From positions 4,800,001 through 4,864,000 of the forward strand of contig CP170459.1 in NCBI GenBank assembly GCA_047947115.1: a DNA stretch of 64,000 bases. Reading direction: 5' to 3'. Below the pieces are notes generated by a model, which made no database searches, had not been told where the DNA came from, and was given only the letters and a program-made list of their open reading frames with translations. Positions 9,277-20,580 of this stretch are shown one piece after another; within the stretch, counting starts at the first letter, position 1; each line of letters begins with the position of its first letter. This DNA is from Verrucomicrobiota bacterium (GTDB taxonomy: Bacteria > Verrucomicrobiota > Verrucomicrobiia > Limisphaerales > AAA164-E04). Position numbers and translations under genes: made by a program.

Positions 9277-10618
9277 TGGCTATTTCATCAAGAATCCGGT
9301 GGCCCCCTTAATTTTGGTCTTATTCTTCAAAATCAACATGGAGGTGATTCATGGTCAAGCCCCTTCAGAATTAGTGGATGAGGGAAGAAGAGTGTTGGGT
9401 GAAGCCGATTACAGAGCTGCTCATTCTTTGTTTTCAGTTGCATTGAATCAAGAACCAAGTAACGACACAGCTCGGTTGTTTTTGGCGGCAACTACAATTA
9501 TTAAAACCATAGATAAGCCTCTTGTTCAAAGCACTCTGGATGCCTTTAGATTTCATTCTTTTGGAAGAAATCCCCTCAATTGGAATTCTGATTTCCCTCA
9601 AGATGAGAAAGGATGGCCGGTCATGCCATTAGGGTGGGACGTTCAATCAGTCGTTGATCTTCTCTGCACAGAACTTGCGGAAAGTATAGATGAGGCACTT
9701 CAAATCATGGAGGGCCTTTCAAACAGAGACTTAATTATCCTACTGCAACAACAAGAAACCGGGGCGGGTGTGATTCTGGTGGATTGGGGTGATGTGGCAT
9801 TGATACGCTCCGGCTTGCACCTTATCAGAAGTGGTCTGTATAGCCTCTCAAATTTCGATTTCAGGTTGGCTCTGTCTGAGATAATCGTCATGCGCGAGGA
9901 CCCATTATTGAATGTTGAAGACGCGTTAAAGCATTACCCCTCTATCTTGTCACTGTTACCTGAGACAGCACACAATGAAGCAAAATCCAGCATGACAAGA
10001 GCCATCACAGAATTTCAGGAGGCCTCAGCATTTATTAAAAGGAGAACCACTGGAGTTGAACGTTTGTTCACTGTCACAGCAGAGGACTTGCAAGTCTTGG
10101 AAGAGTGGGACCAAGCCGCGGAAGAACTATTAGCTTCCGTTCAAGGAGCCCCAGTAAACCCCTCTCTCATAGAGGAAGAAATCACCGTAAATATGAGCCA
10201 ATTCTACACGGATGCTTTTTCTCCAAGAGACTTTGTCCCAGAGTTCAAGAAGAACAGCATTCTTCGCAACACCTTCCCAGATGTTACTTTTGGTGGAACA
10301 TTGGGTGGCGTTGATCAGGACTTTTTGAATGACACATTCGGAGAATTTGTAATTGACTCACCGATCACACCGCCCTCAGTCGGTTCTTCATACACAGACA
10401 TTGATGTAATCACCCGCGTTGGAAGGGACTTCATCATCTTAGGCTGGAATAATGACCCGAATGCTAGGTACGAAGTCTACAGGACAACAAATCTAAAAGC
10501 CGCTAACTGGGAGAAGGTGGCTGACCTGCCGCAACTTAGTGATTCCAGACGTAGTTACTCATTGCCAATAGTTAGCAGTTTTGACAAGCAATTCGTATAC
10601 ATTAAAAAATTGGATTGA
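9257..10618 (+). CDS. Secreted helical (TPR-like N-terminus) protein with a C-terminal beta domain
   Basis: 453-aa ORF; N-terminal hydrophobic stretch; C-terminal YEVYRTTNL...W. Confidence 0.75.
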   Translation: MKHLNLSGYFIKNPVAPLILVLFFKINMEVIHGQAPSELVDEGRRVLGEADYRAAHSLFSVALNQEPSNDTARLFLAATTIIKTIDKPLVQSTLDAFRFHSFGRNPLNWNSDFPQDEKGWPVMPLGWDVQSVVDLLCTELAESIDEALQIMEGLSNRDLIILLQQQETGAGVILVDWGDVALIRSGLHLIRSGLYSLSNFDFRLALSEIIVMREDPLLNVEDALKHYPSILSLLPETAHNEAKSSMTRAITEFQEASAFIKRRTTGVERLFTVTAEDLQVLEEWDQAAEELLASVQGAPVNPSLIEEEITVNMSQFYTDAFSPRDFVPEFKKNSILRNTFPDVTFGGTLGGVDQDFLNDTFGEFVIDSPITPPSVGSSYTDIDVITRVGRDFIILGWNNDPNARYEVYRTTNLKAANWEKVADLPQLSDSRRSYSLPIVSSFDKQFVYIKKLD

Positions 10619-10801
10619 CCCGAATTGTGAACTGTTTGGTAGTAAATTGAAATGCATGGGGGCCTGAGCTCCTCAAATTGATAGAGCCGATATTTAATAT
10701 AGGAATCGATCAAAAGGCTTTAGATTTATGGTAGATAAATCGACTTACTTTTGTTTTAGGTAATATACTTATATTTTATGTAAGAATTAATCAGATATAG
10801 A

Positions 10802-13800
10802 ATGTTGATTATGGTTAGGAACAGATTTTTTATTACGATTTTATTGACCGGCATAGTGACGATTGTCAGTGCTAGTCTTGATTTAATAGCTCAGCCTGAA
10901 TGGGTAAATGATGGGCTTGTTGCGTATTACCCTTTAGATGGAGATACCGCCGATCACAGTGGAAACGGTAATGATGCTGTATTAAAAGGCAATGCCACCT
11001 TCGAAGAAAATGGTGGATTACTGTTCGATGAAGTGGGTGATCGGTTAGGCCTACCTTTTGCTGTCAACCAAAATGAAATATCCTTCTCACTTTTCTACAC
11101 TCCTAGATTTTATTTTGAAGGATCAGAGCAATGGATGTCATTATTAGCGAGGGATGGAGGAGCTGTTCATCATTTACTATTTGATCGTAACTTAATGACC
11201 TACGGAGTTTGGAATGCCCAATTGGCGTCCTCTGCGCAGCGTGGTGATTCTTATTATCCTGCCGGCGATTTTGAATGGGGATCTAAGATGCACTTTATCG
11301 TATCGATAAATGGTGACTACACTTTGTATCAAAACGGTCAAATGTTATTGAATATTCCCAATTACACAAGTAACGAAGAGTTCCCTGTTCAGCATATTTC
11401 TGGAATACTTGCTGATCGTCAGATAGCTCAGGGTTCGATTGATGAAGTTCGGATTTACAACAGAGCCCTTACTGGAAACGAGGCAGAGCAGCTTTATGTC
11501 CATGAGCAAACAGCAGCTAGTATTCCTCAACCTATTTTAGGCCTGTATTTGAACTCCACAAAACCGGCGGACTTCTCGAGTATAGGGGATATTTCTTATC
11601 ATGACATCTCTTACACCAATGATGCCGGAGGTGAATCAAAATCTGCCGCTCTGTTTGATGGGGAAAAGTCATACATAGAAATACAGAATGCTAATTGGGG
11701 AAACAGACTCAATTTTACTACCAGTTTTTGGATTAATCTCCCATCTATCGTGGGAGGTGATCACATGATTGTAGGTAATTATCCACGCGCCTCAGCGAAT
11801 GGATGGGGTGTTTATTTCTTTGGGGGTAAATTAAAATCATGGTACTTTGGTCGATCAGGTAATGTTTACCAAGGTGGCATCGACAATGTAGTCACTAGCT
11901 TGAGCCCAAACAAGTGGTATCAAGTTGCATCTGTGTATAGTGAAGAAGGTAACAGCGTTTACATAAACGGAGACCTTGCGAAGCATTTCCCGTGGTCGGG
12001 AGAGGCTAGTACCTCGTCAAGTGTACAAAATATCTGGATCGGGAAAAATGATTACGCTGAAGGCGGTGGAATCATGCACGCGAACATGGAACTAGACAAT
12101 CTGTTTCTTTACGATTCAGCCCTTACAGGGAATCAGATACAAAAACTGTACAATATACAAAGCAAATTATTCGAAGACAAATTAAAGAAAAGTCAACCAG
12201 CGATCCTGAAGAACAGCGTCATAGGCACATATCCATTTAATGGAACTCTTGAAGCAGTTGATCCAAGCACCACCCCTTTCGAGAGAATTCTCGGCAATAC
12301 TGAAGACTTCATGGAAGTGAATCAGGACACCGTTCTTAATTTGCGGAATGGGAATCAATTTCATTTGGATATTGAAAGCGACCAGATCGCTGACACTGGG
12401 CTTGGGTTAAATTTTGATTTACGCTTACTCGGTAATCCAAATGGGAATTACCTGAAAATCACTTCAAAGAGCTTGGAACCGCAAACCATCTCACTTGGCC
12501 TGATACGCTCAAGGCGTAGTGACAAAATCACTCTTACATTGGAGGATGAGTTATTCTTCGAACATGCCACACCTCTCAGGGATTGGTTTAATTTGTGCCT
12601 GCGTCTAAGTCCAACCTCTTTTGAGATCCTATTGGATGGGGAACATTTGTTCTTCGGGGATTTACCCGCGACATTCAAAACTGGTGAAGGCTTAAACCTA
12701 TCACTGACAGATTCATTGTCATCCAGCACAAGTGGTTTGCTCATCGAAAACTTCACTCTCTTTAACAATACCGAGGCGCCCTTGTATACAATTTACTCCG
12801 GTTTAAAACTCACAGAGGCAGACTACGGGGATGAGAATCACCATATGTTCAGATGCCTCTATCCTGAGTATTTTGAATGGGAAAAACCCCCGAGAAGTAT
12901 TGGAGCGGAAGGCAAAGTGTACGAATTCGTTACTTTGGGCAGGTCGATTAGCTGGAATGAAGCGCAACTAATAGCTCAGTCAATTTCTGATGCTGGGCAT
13001 CCATGCCATCTTGCCACTATCGACAACGAGTTTGAATCGATTCTGGTTACGAAGATATTAGATCACATTGAGGAAAACAAAGGAAGTTTAGGGCAAGGCC
13101 TATCTATTGAATTGCCGAGCGAAATCTGGATCGGGGCATATGAGGCCGACAAACTAAATGAACCCACAGGGTTATGGGAATGGGTAAACGATGAAGGCCC
13201 GGTGCGCACATCATCTAGCCAAGGCTTTTCAAATTGGAATGGGGGCGAACCGAACAATACGACCGTTAATAGAAATTTTATGACCATGTATTCTCGTCGC
13301 AACACCATAGCCAATGCGGGCAAATGGAATGATGCTGATGGGGAATACACAAATACCTTTTTGTTGGAATACAAGCCAAACCAGACACTGGAAGCTTCTT
13401 ATGTCATGGACATAAGCCCGGATGCTTTCTCCAATTTGGATTCAGACAGTGACGGTTTGACCGACAATGAAGAAGCTGCGTTGGGAACTGATGCTTTTAG
13501 CGATGACACAGATCAGGATTCACTTTTGGATCTGGATGAGGTAAATCTGGGTACTAATCCTCTTATTGAAGACACAGACGGGGATGGGTTATCCGATGGC
13601 TTTGAGGCTGGGGCAGTTAGATATGAATACATTACTGGGCCGTATTCTTGGCTTGATGCATTTGAATTAGCTGAAAGCAGAAATCTTCACCTAGCCACAA
13701 TTACCTCAGATAGAGAACAAAGCTTGATTATTTCAAATTTCAAGGATGCTGTTTTACATGCCCAAAATACTATTTCTCCAGATGCTGGTTACGTATGGCT

Positions 13801-16600
13801 GGGCGGCACGGACATATTCTCCGAGGGGAGATGGGAATGGGTCACCGGGGAACCTTTTGAATATTTTAACTGGTTTTCCGGTGAGCCCAACAATGCTGTT
13901 TTCGGTGAGGAATATATTCTAATGTATGCAGGAAGTGGCGACGAATGGAAATGGAACGATTATAAGAATAGCCCTAATGACTACCCCGATTTCTCCGATC
14001 AATTTGTATTTGGAGTTTTACTTGAAGACCATTATCCGAGCGATCCGCTAAAGGCTGACACAGACAGCGATGGTTTTTCAGATCTAGAGGAGCGTGAAAA
14101 CAACACAAACCCAAACACACCTACTTTCGAGCTTCAAGCTCTGCCTCAAACTGGAGGTTCAGTTTCGCAGGACATAAGCTCAAACTTTTACGAGCTGAAC
14201 TCTCAAGCGGTGGTAAGTGCAATACCAGATGTTGGATACGCATTTGACAGATGGAGCGGTTCGTTAGATTCCTTCGAGAATCCGTTGATCATCACGGTGT
14301 CTGAACCGCTGGTATTAATTCCAATCTTCAAAGAAGCCATCCCGCCAACAATTGATTCAACTCCACACATCGGATCTCTTATTGAAGGCCAATCACAAAC
14401 ATTCCAGATTTCATATTCCGGGACAGCCCCATTCACATTCCAATGGTTCAAAGATGGAGTGGAAATTGATAACACAACTACTACATTGTCTCTTTCAAAT
14501 GTCACATCTCTGGATGCTGGAGTGTATACAATCAACGTCACCAATGAATATGGTACAGCCACTCTTGATGCCGTTACATTGAGTGTTATTTCCCCAATAC
14601 GTATTCTATCCCAATCTGAAACCGGCAACATCACAGAAGGTCAAGCACTCAACCTTGTGTTTGAGTACTCCGGAACAGAACCTGCATCTATTCAATGGTT
14701 TAAAGATGGAGTTCTCTTGGATGATTTTGATTCAAATGTTCTGTTCAAGGAGGGCGCAGCAATATCTGATTCTGGCGTCTACGCCTTCACCGTTTCGAAT
14801 GAACTTGGGACTGTTGAATCAAATCCGATTGCTGTGACAGTCAGTGAGTATTTTGAGCCACCTATTGTTACCCAGTTCATGGTCAGTCCAAATCCTGCAT
14901 TGGTAGGATCAAGCTTGGCGTTAACAACAGCCGCAAGTGGAGATCGTCCCTTCACCTTTAGTTGGTATCGGGATGATGTTCTTCTTGGAACTTCGGATTT
15001 ACCCATATATTCCATCGAATCAGTAACCGAATCAGCTTCTGGGAATTATTCAGTCATCGTTTCCAACAGAGCTGATCAGGATAAATCCTCTCCAATAACT
15101 GTATCGGTGGTGGAACCAATTTCAATCACGGAACAACCGCAGGATACTTTAATCATGGAAAATACACCTTTGGAGCTTTCTGTAACCGCATCTGGGGGAG
15201 GTCAAATCACATATACATGGTACCGAGACAATAAGAAGATTGATGGTGCAACCTCTTCAACTTACAGAGTTCCAAGTTCCACGTTTGCAGATACCGGCGA
15301 TTATCACGTGGTTGTCAGCGATGGAGCATCAACGGTCAAGTCAGCGATAGCAAGTGTGTTGGTGACACCATTTATTGAACCGCCAAGTATCCTTATCCAA
15401 CCAAAAAGCAAAAAAGTAAATCTTGGAGATCCTTCTTCCATGGTGCTGTCAGCGACCGGGGCAGAACCACTGAAATATCAATGGTATTTGAATGGAAACC
15501 CTATAACTGGTGCTATCAAAAATTTCACACTGTTTGATTCAGTCACAGCGGCGGATGCTGGAACATATACCGTGACGGTAACGAATGATGCTGGTTCTGT
15601 TACAAGTGTTCCGGCAACATTGAGCCTGATATTGCCTCTGGGAATCGTTACTCAATCCGGTGATGTTTCCATCATTCAAGGCGATAGCTTCATTTTGGAG
15701 GTTGAGGTCAATTCACCAGAAGACGTTCAGGAATCATACTGGGCAAAGGATGGTTCCAGATTGCCAGATTCAGCAGGTTTTACATATGAGGTGGTTGGGG
15801 CAAGCCTTGAAAATACTGGTTCATATACATTTCATGCAACAGATGGCAATGATTGGATTGTATCTGATCCTATGACGGTGCAAGTAAACCAGCCTCCCGT
15901 GTTTATCACCATACCAGAGGATATAACGGCATCATCTGGTCAAAACGTGATGCTTCAATGGGTGGCGGATGGAACAGGGACTCTGAAATATGATTTGTTG
16001 TTGAATAATGAGGTGTTGGATTCCAACGACACAGGCACATTCAGGGTGAAGGTTCCAGAATTGGGTGGAGATTACGAATTTGTCGCCAAAGTTTCCAGTT
16101 CATATGGATCATCCACATCAACTCCGGTGATCGTTTCTGTCCAAGCCTCCAGTCCCATCATCATAGATCAATCCACGAGCATAACCATGGTTCAAAGAGA
16201 CCCATTGGAACTAAATATCAAGGCTATTGGAGGTGGTTTGGCCTATCAGTGGTATAAGGGTGCCGCGAAGATTCCTGATGCAAACAGTCCTGTATTTATT
16301 ATTAATGAAACGGGGGAAGGAGATGCCGGGACTTATTTTGTGGTGGTTTCCAACAGTAAAGGGATTGTGACCAGCAATCCTATGAGGATTTCCTTTGGTG
16401 TGAACGTTTCAGTGCAGGCTGATGGTGCTAATATAATTCTAAAAATGAATCCCGGCGACAAAGTTGCCAGTTGGAAGCTGCAAAAGTCCTATGATCTGTT
16501 GTTCTGGGAGGATGATCAGAATCTTGAAGATGTTGATTTGGGTCAATTGATTCGGCCAATTGAGGAGGAAATGCTGTTTTACAGGGTTGTGGAGCGGTGA
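10802..16600 (+). CDS. Giant secreted adhesin-like protein: LamG domains, two C-type lectin domains, Ca-binding DxDxDG repeats, InlB B-repeat-like unit, multiple Ig domains
   Basis: GLVAYYPLDG...IDEVRIYNRAL (LamG); HLATI...WIG...WNGGEPNN (C-type lectin); DSDSDGLTD; GYAFDRWSG; about 7 Ig repeats; C-terminal FYRVVER. Confidence 0.9.
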   Translation: MLIMVRNRFFITILLTGIVTIVSASLDLIAQPEWVNDGLVAYYPLDGDTADHSGNGNDAVLKGNATFEENGGLLFDEVGDRLGLPFAVNQNEISFSLFYTPRFYFEGSEQWMSLLARDGGAVHHLLFDRNLMTYGVWNAQLASSAQRGDSYYPAGDFEWGSKMHFIVSINGDYTLYQNGQMLLNIPNYTSNEEFPVQHISGILADRQIAQGSIDEVRIYNRALTGNEAEQLYVHEQTAASIPQPILGLYLNSTKPADFSSIGDISYHDISYTNDAGGESKSAALFDGEKSYIEIQNANWGNRLNFTTSFWINLPSIVGGDHMIVGNYPRASANGWGVYFFGGKLKSWYFGRSGNVYQGGIDNVVTSLSPNKWYQVASVYSEEGNSVYINGDLAKHFPWSGEASTSSSVQNIWIGKNDYAEGGGIMHANMELDNLFLYDSALTGNQIQKLYNIQSKLFEDKLKKSQPAILKNSVIGTYPFNGTLEAVDPSTTPFERILGNTEDFMEVNQDTVLNLRNGNQFHLDIESDQIADTGLGLNFDLRLLGNPNGNYLKITSKSLEPQTISLGLIRSRRSDKITLTLEDELFFEHATPLRDWFNLCLRLSPTSFEILLDGEHLFFGDLPATFKTGEGLNLSLTDSLSSSTSGLLIENFTLFNNTEAPLYTIYSGLKLTEADYGDENHHMFRCLYPEYFEWEKPPRSIGAEGKVYEFVTLGRSISWNEAQLIAQSISDAGHPCHLATIDNEFESILVTKILDHIEENKGSLGQGLSIELPSEIWIGAYEADKLNEPTGLWEWVNDEGPVRTSSSQGFSNWNGGEPNNTTVNRNFMTMYSRRNTIANAGKWNDADGEYTNTFLLEYKPNQTLEASYVMDISPDAFSNLDSDSDGLTDNEEAALGTDAFSDDTDQDSLLDLDEVNLGTNPLIEDTDGDGLSDGFEAGAVRYEYITGPYSWLDAFELAESRNLHLATITSDREQSLIISNFKDAVLHAQNTISPDAGYVWLGGTDIFSEGRWEWVTGEPFEYFNWFSGEPNNAVFGEEYILMYAGSGDEWKWNDYKNSPNDYPDFSDQFVFGVLLEDHYPSDPLKADTDSDGFSDLEERENNTNPNTPTFELQALPQTGGSVSQDISSNFYELNSQAVVSAIPDVGYAFDRWSGSLDSFENPLIITVSEPLVLIPIFKEAIPPTIDSTPHIGSLIEGQSQTFQISYSGTAPFTFQWFKDGVEIDNTTTTLSLSNVTSLDAGVYTINVTNEYGTATLDAVTLSVISPIRILSQSETGNITEGQALNLVFEYSGTEPASIQWFKDGVLLDDFDSNVLFKEGAAISDSGVYAFTVSNELGTVESNPIAVTVSEYFEPPIVTQFMVSPNPALVGSSLALTTAASGDRPFTFSWYRDDVLLGTSDLPIYSIESVTESASGNYSVIVSNRADQDKSSPITVSVVEPISITEQPQDTLIMENTPLELSVTASGGGQITYTWYRDNKKIDGATSSTYRVPSSTFADTGDYHVVVSDGASTVKSAIASVLVTPFIEPPSILIQPKSKKVNLGDPSSMVLSATGAEPLKYQWYLNGNPITGAIKNFTLFDSVTAADAGTYTVTVTNDAGSVTSVPATLSLILPLGIVTQSGDVSIIQGDSFILEVEVNSPEDVQESYWAKDGSRLPDSAGFTYEVVGASLENTGSYTFHATDGNDWIVSDPMTVQVNQPPVFITIPEDITASSGQNVMLQWVADGTGTLKYDLLLNNEVLDSNDTGTFRVKVPELGGDYEFVAKVSSSYGSSTSTPVIVSVQASSPIIIDQSTSITMVQRDPLELNIKAIGGGLAYQWYKGAAKIPDANSPVFIINETGEGDAGTYFVVVSNSKGIVTSNPMRISFGVNVSVQADGANIILKMNPGDKVASWKLQKSYDLLFWEDDQNLEDVDLGQLIRPIEEEMLFYRVVER

Positions 16601-16601
16601 T
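14321..16601 (+). repeat. Copy 1 of a 2.28-kb near-identical Ig-stalk repeat
   Basis: Colinear with 18014..20294 at a constant offset of 3693; long stretches are identical. Confidence 0.97.
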
Positions 16602-16786
16602 GGGATGATAACTGAATGAATTGTGAAGTAACCAAGAATTGAAAATCAGAAGATGCATCAATGTTGCCGTTCAAGAGTTAGACATTCCCAACGATCTACA
16701 ATGGTGGATGTGGAAACAACTTGCAATTTTTGGAAAGATTCTTCATTTGCGATCGGTAACTTTTAGGTAGATAGCGATTATAGAAT

Positions 16787-19700
16787 ATGAAAAAAATATT
16801 TAGATTATTTTTGGGAAGCTTTCTCGGTTTTGTCTTAACTCAACATGCTCAACCAAGTTGGATTGATGATGGCTTGGTCATTTATTTCCCCTTTGATAAA
16901 AACGTTGAAGAAATGATCACCGGAGAATTGGCTGATTACACATCTGTCAAATTCGCAGCCGATGTTTTAGGTGTCACCAATAATGCAATCTTCTTTAATG
17001 GTGATGAAGACAACATTTTGCAGTTTGAAAGTGATAAATTGCCTCAAGGTAATGAGCCTAGGACAGTAACCTTATGGATTCTTCCTGCCCCGCTTTCCAG
17101 AGAGAAAGTTTACGACTTGGCCAACAAAGGCGAGGGATGGTCCGATAAGTGGTATAGTGCAACAATCTTAGACTACGGAGCGATTAGTTCATCCCGTTCG
17201 TATTTTAAACTAAGTCACACCTACGAACAATACGAAGCACTAGGAGTGACGGAAGACATCACCCTTAGAATGGAAACGAACAGTGCATCTTCAGGTTACA
17301 GGATAAATGATTGGGATAGCCGACGTTGGTATCAGTTATCGTGGGTTTACCAAAATGGTGTTTCCAGTTTGTATTTAAATGGAAAGGAGAAGGTTACAGT
17401 TACAGATGTATTTGACAACAGACAGAATTTTTATCTAAACACAAGAGGTCGCATGTTGTCCATCGGTGGAAGTGGTTTTACTTCCTCTAACAAATTTTTT
17501 GGAGCTATGGATGATATTAGATTCTATGATCGCGCACTTTCAGCTTCCGAAATATCTGAGCTTTATACGTACGAATCCCATGACGCGGATGGAGACGGAC
17601 TTAACTTTTACGAAGAAGAAGCTTTGGGAACAAGTGATATCAAGGCAGACTCAGATGACGATGGATTAAATGATGGTGATGAAATCTCAGCAAAAACTAA
17701 TCCTTTGGACCCCGATTCAGATAATGATTCAGTGCCAGATGGTCCAGAGGTAAAATTGGGATTTGATCCTCTCTTAGCTAAAAGCAAGCCCTTAATCATA
17801 AGATTTCAAGGAACGTGGATAGGCGGTAATGTCAACGTTCTGGGTGAGGGTCTCCATATTGAGCCAATTGTAGCATACCGGGGCGGGAGTAATCACACCA
17901 TTAGAATCAAAGCTGAACCAGCAGAAGGATACATTTTTGACCGGTGGAGCGGCAGCATTGACTCCAATAATCCCAATCTTAGGTTCGATGTCACCGAAGA
18001 TATGGTTCTCATGCCAATCTTCAAAGAAGCCATCCCGCCAACAATTGATTCAACTCCACACATCGGATCTCTTATTGAAGGCCAATCACAAACATTCCAG
18101 ATTTCATATTCCGGGACAGCCCCATTCACATTCCAATGGTTCAAAGATGGAGTGGAAATTGATAACACAACTACTACATTGTCTCTTTCAAATGTCACAT
18201 CTCTGGATGCTGGAGTGTATACAATCAACGTCACCAATGAATATGGTACAGCCACTCTTGATGCCGTTACATTGAGTGTTATTTCCCCAATACGCATTCT
18301 ATCCCAGTCCGGAATTGTCAACATCACAGAAGGTCAATCACTCAACCTTGTATTTGAATACTCAGGAACAGAACCTGCATTTATTCAATGGTTTAAAGAT
18401 GGAGTACTCTTGGATGATTTTGATTCAAATGTTCTTTCCAAGGAGAGCTCAGCAATATCTGATTCTGGCGTCTACGCCTTCACCGTTTCGAATGAACTTG
18501 GGACTGTTGAATCAAATCCGATTGCTGTGACAGTCAGTGAGTATTTTGAGCCACCTATTGTTACCCAGTTCATGGTCAGTCCAAATCCTGCATTGGTAGG
18601 ATCAAGCTTGGCGTTAACAACAGCCGCAAGTGGAGATCGTCCCTTCACCTTTAGTTGGTATCGGGATGATGTTCTTCTTGGAACTTCGGATTTACCCATA
18701 TATTCCATCGAATCAGTAACCGAATCAGCTTCTGGGAATTATTCAGTCATCGTTTCCAACAGAGCTGATCAGGATAAATCCTCTCCAATAACTGTATCGG
18801 TGGTGGAACCAATTTCAATCACGGAACAACCGCAGGATACTTTAATCATGGAAAATACACCTTTGGAGCTTTCTGTAACCGCATCTGGGGGAGGTCAAAT
18901 CACATATACATGGTACCGAGACAATAAGAAGATTGATGGTGCAACCTCTTCAACTTACAGAGTTCCAAGTTCCACGTTTGCAGATACCGGCGATTATCAC
19001 GTGGTTGTCAGCGATGGAGCATCAACGGTCAAGTCAGCGATAGCAAGTGTGTTGGTGACACCATTTATTGAACCGCCAAGTATCCTTATCCAACCAAAAA
19101 GCAAAAAAGTAAATCTTGGAGATCCTTCTTCCATGGTGGTGTCAGCGACCGGGGCAGAACCACTGAAATATCAATGGTATTTGAATGGAAACCCTATAAC
19201 TGGTGCTATCAAAAATTTCACACTGTTTGATTCAGTCACAGCGGCGGATGCTGGAACATATACCGTGACGGTAACGAATGATGCTGGTTCTGTTACAAGT
19301 GTTCCGGCAACATTGAGCCTGATATTGCCTTTACAAATTGTTGATCAGTCCGGTGACGTTTCCATCATTCAAGGCGATAGCTTCATTTTGGAGGTTGAGG
19401 TCAATTCACCAGAAGACGTTCAGGAATCATACTGGGCAAAGGATGGTTCCAGATTGCCAGATTCAGCAGGTTTTACATATGAGGTGGTTGGGGCAAGCCT
19501 TGAAAATACTGGTTCATATACATTTCATGCAACAGATGGCAATGATTGGATTGTATCTGATCCTATGATGGTGCAAGTAAACCAGCCTCCCGTGTTCACC
19601 ACGGTTCCTGAGGATATCACTGCCTCTTCAGGACAAACTTTGATGCTTCAATGGGTGGCGGATGGAACAGGGACTCTGAAATATGATTTGTTGTTGAAGA

Positions 19701-20293
19701 ATGAGGTGTTGGATTCCAACGACACAGGCACATTCAGGGTTAAGGTTCCAGAATTGGGTGGAGATTACGAATTTGTTGCTAAAGTTTCCAATTCATATGG
19801 ATCATCTACGTCAGCTCCGGTGATCGTTTCTGTCCAAGTCTCCAGTCCCATCATAATAAATCAATCAACGAGCATAACCATGGTTCAAGGAGACCCATTG
19901 GAATTAAATATTAAGGCAATAGGAGGTGGTTTAGCCTATCAGTGGTATAAAGGTGCCGCGAAGATTCCTGATGCCACAAATCATACATTTTTGATTGATA
20001 ATACTGGGAATGGGGATGCGGGAACGTATTTTGTGGTGGTTTCCAACACCAAAGGGATTGTGACCAGCAATCCAATAAAGGTTTCCTTTGGTGTATCAGT
20101 GTCAGTTGAAGCTGATGGTGCTAATATAATTCTAAAAATGAATCCCGGCGACAAAGTTGCCAGTTGGAAGCTGCAAAAGTCCTATGACCTGTTGTTCTGG
20201 GAGGATGTTCAGAATCTGGAAGAAGGGGATTTGGGTCAATTGATTCGGCCAATTGAAGAGGATGTGGTGTTTTACAGGGTGGTGGAGCGGTGA
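16787..20293 (+). CDS. Secreted LamG + Ca-binding repeat + Ig-stalk protein, paralogue of 10802..16600
   Basis: QPSWIDDGLVIYFPFD...MDDIRFYDRAL; DADGDGL repeats; near-identical Ig stalk. Confidence 0.9.
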   Translation: MKKIFRLFLGSFLGFVLTQHAQPSWIDDGLVIYFPFDKNVEEMITGELADYTSVKFAADVLGVTNNAIFFNGDEDNILQFESDKLPQGNEPRTVTLWILPAPLSREKVYDLANKGEGWSDKWYSATILDYGAISSSRSYFKLSHTYEQYEALGVTEDITLRMETNSASSGYRINDWDSRRWYQLSWVYQNGVSSLYLNGKEKVTVTDVFDNRQNFYLNTRGRMLSIGGSGFTSSNKFFGAMDDIRFYDRALSASEISELYTYESHDADGDGLNFYEEEALGTSDIKADSDDDGLNDGDEISAKTNPLDPDSDNDSVPDGPEVKLGFDPLLAKSKPLIIRFQGTWIGGNVNVLGEGLHIEPIVAYRGGSNHTIRIKAEPAEGYIFDRWSGSIDSNNPNLRFDVTEDMVLMPIFKEAIPPTIDSTPHIGSLIEGQSQTFQISYSGTAPFTFQWFKDGVEIDNTTTTLSLSNVTSLDAGVYTINVTNEYGTATLDAVTLSVISPIRILSQSGIVNITEGQSLNLVFEYSGTEPAFIQWFKDGVLLDDFDSNVLSKESSAISDSGVYAFTVSNELGTVESNPIAVTVSEYFEPPIVTQFMVSPNPALVGSSLALTTAASGDRPFTFSWYRDDVLLGTSDLPIYSIESVTESASGNYSVIVSNRADQDKSSPITVSVVEPISITEQPQDTLIMENTPLELSVTASGGGQITYTWYRDNKKIDGATSSTYRVPSSTFADTGDYHVVVSDGASTVKSAIASVLVTPFIEPPSILIQPKSKKVNLGDPSSMVVSATGAEPLKYQWYLNGNPITGAIKNFTLFDSVTAADAGTYTVTVTNDAGSVTSVPATLSLILPLQIVDQSGDVSIIQGDSFILEVEVNSPEDVQESYWAKDGSRLPDSAGFTYEVVGASLENTGSYTFHATDGNDWIVSDPMMVQVNQPPVFTTVPEDITASSGQTLMLQWVADGTGTLKYDLLLKNEVLDSNDTGTFRVKVPELGGDYEFVAKVSNSYGSSTSAPVIVSVQVSSPIIINQSTSITMVQGDPLELNIKAIGGGLAYQWYKGAAKIPDATNHTFLIDNTGNGDAGTYFVVVSNTKGIVTSNPIKVSFGVSVSVEADGANIILKMNPGDKVASWKLQKSYDLLFWEDVQNLEEGDLGQLIRPIEEDVVFYRVVER

Positions 20294-20294
20294 T
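18014..20294 (+). repeat. Copy 2 of the 2.28-kb Ig-stalk repeat
   Basis: Matches 14321..16601. Confidence 0.97.
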
Positions 20295-20455
20295 AAGGCG
20301 GCTCCGGCGTTTGTTTACATTACAGACACAGGAAACAAATACCATGATGAAACGTGTCGGTATTTGAAGAGTTCCAAACACAAGGTGACTTTCGCTGATG
20401 CAAAAGGAAAAGGTCTGACAGCATGCAAGGTGTGCGGTGGTCAGTGACGCTTTGG
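20291..20455 (+). pseudogene. Duplicated 3' end of the thermonuclease gene (metal-binding tail only)
   Basis: Colinear with 5424..5588 (offset 14867): AAPAFVYITDTGNKYH...GLTACKVCGGQ* plus the downstream cgctttgg. Confidence 0.9.
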
Positions 20456-20580
20456 GTTATTAGCGTCTTGTGTTAGGAGAAGGACGATTTCTGTTTAGCT
20501 TAGAGGGTGGGCAAGGGATTTTTTGAAACTTTTTGACACCACTGAGGTATATCTTACGAGTTATAATGAAATGGAATTTT

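Noticed and set aside
4311..20480. Integron cassette array (GTTAGGC at 4722, GTTAGAC at 16677)
   Set aside because: No paired RYYYAAC with a palindromic attC body and no integrase.
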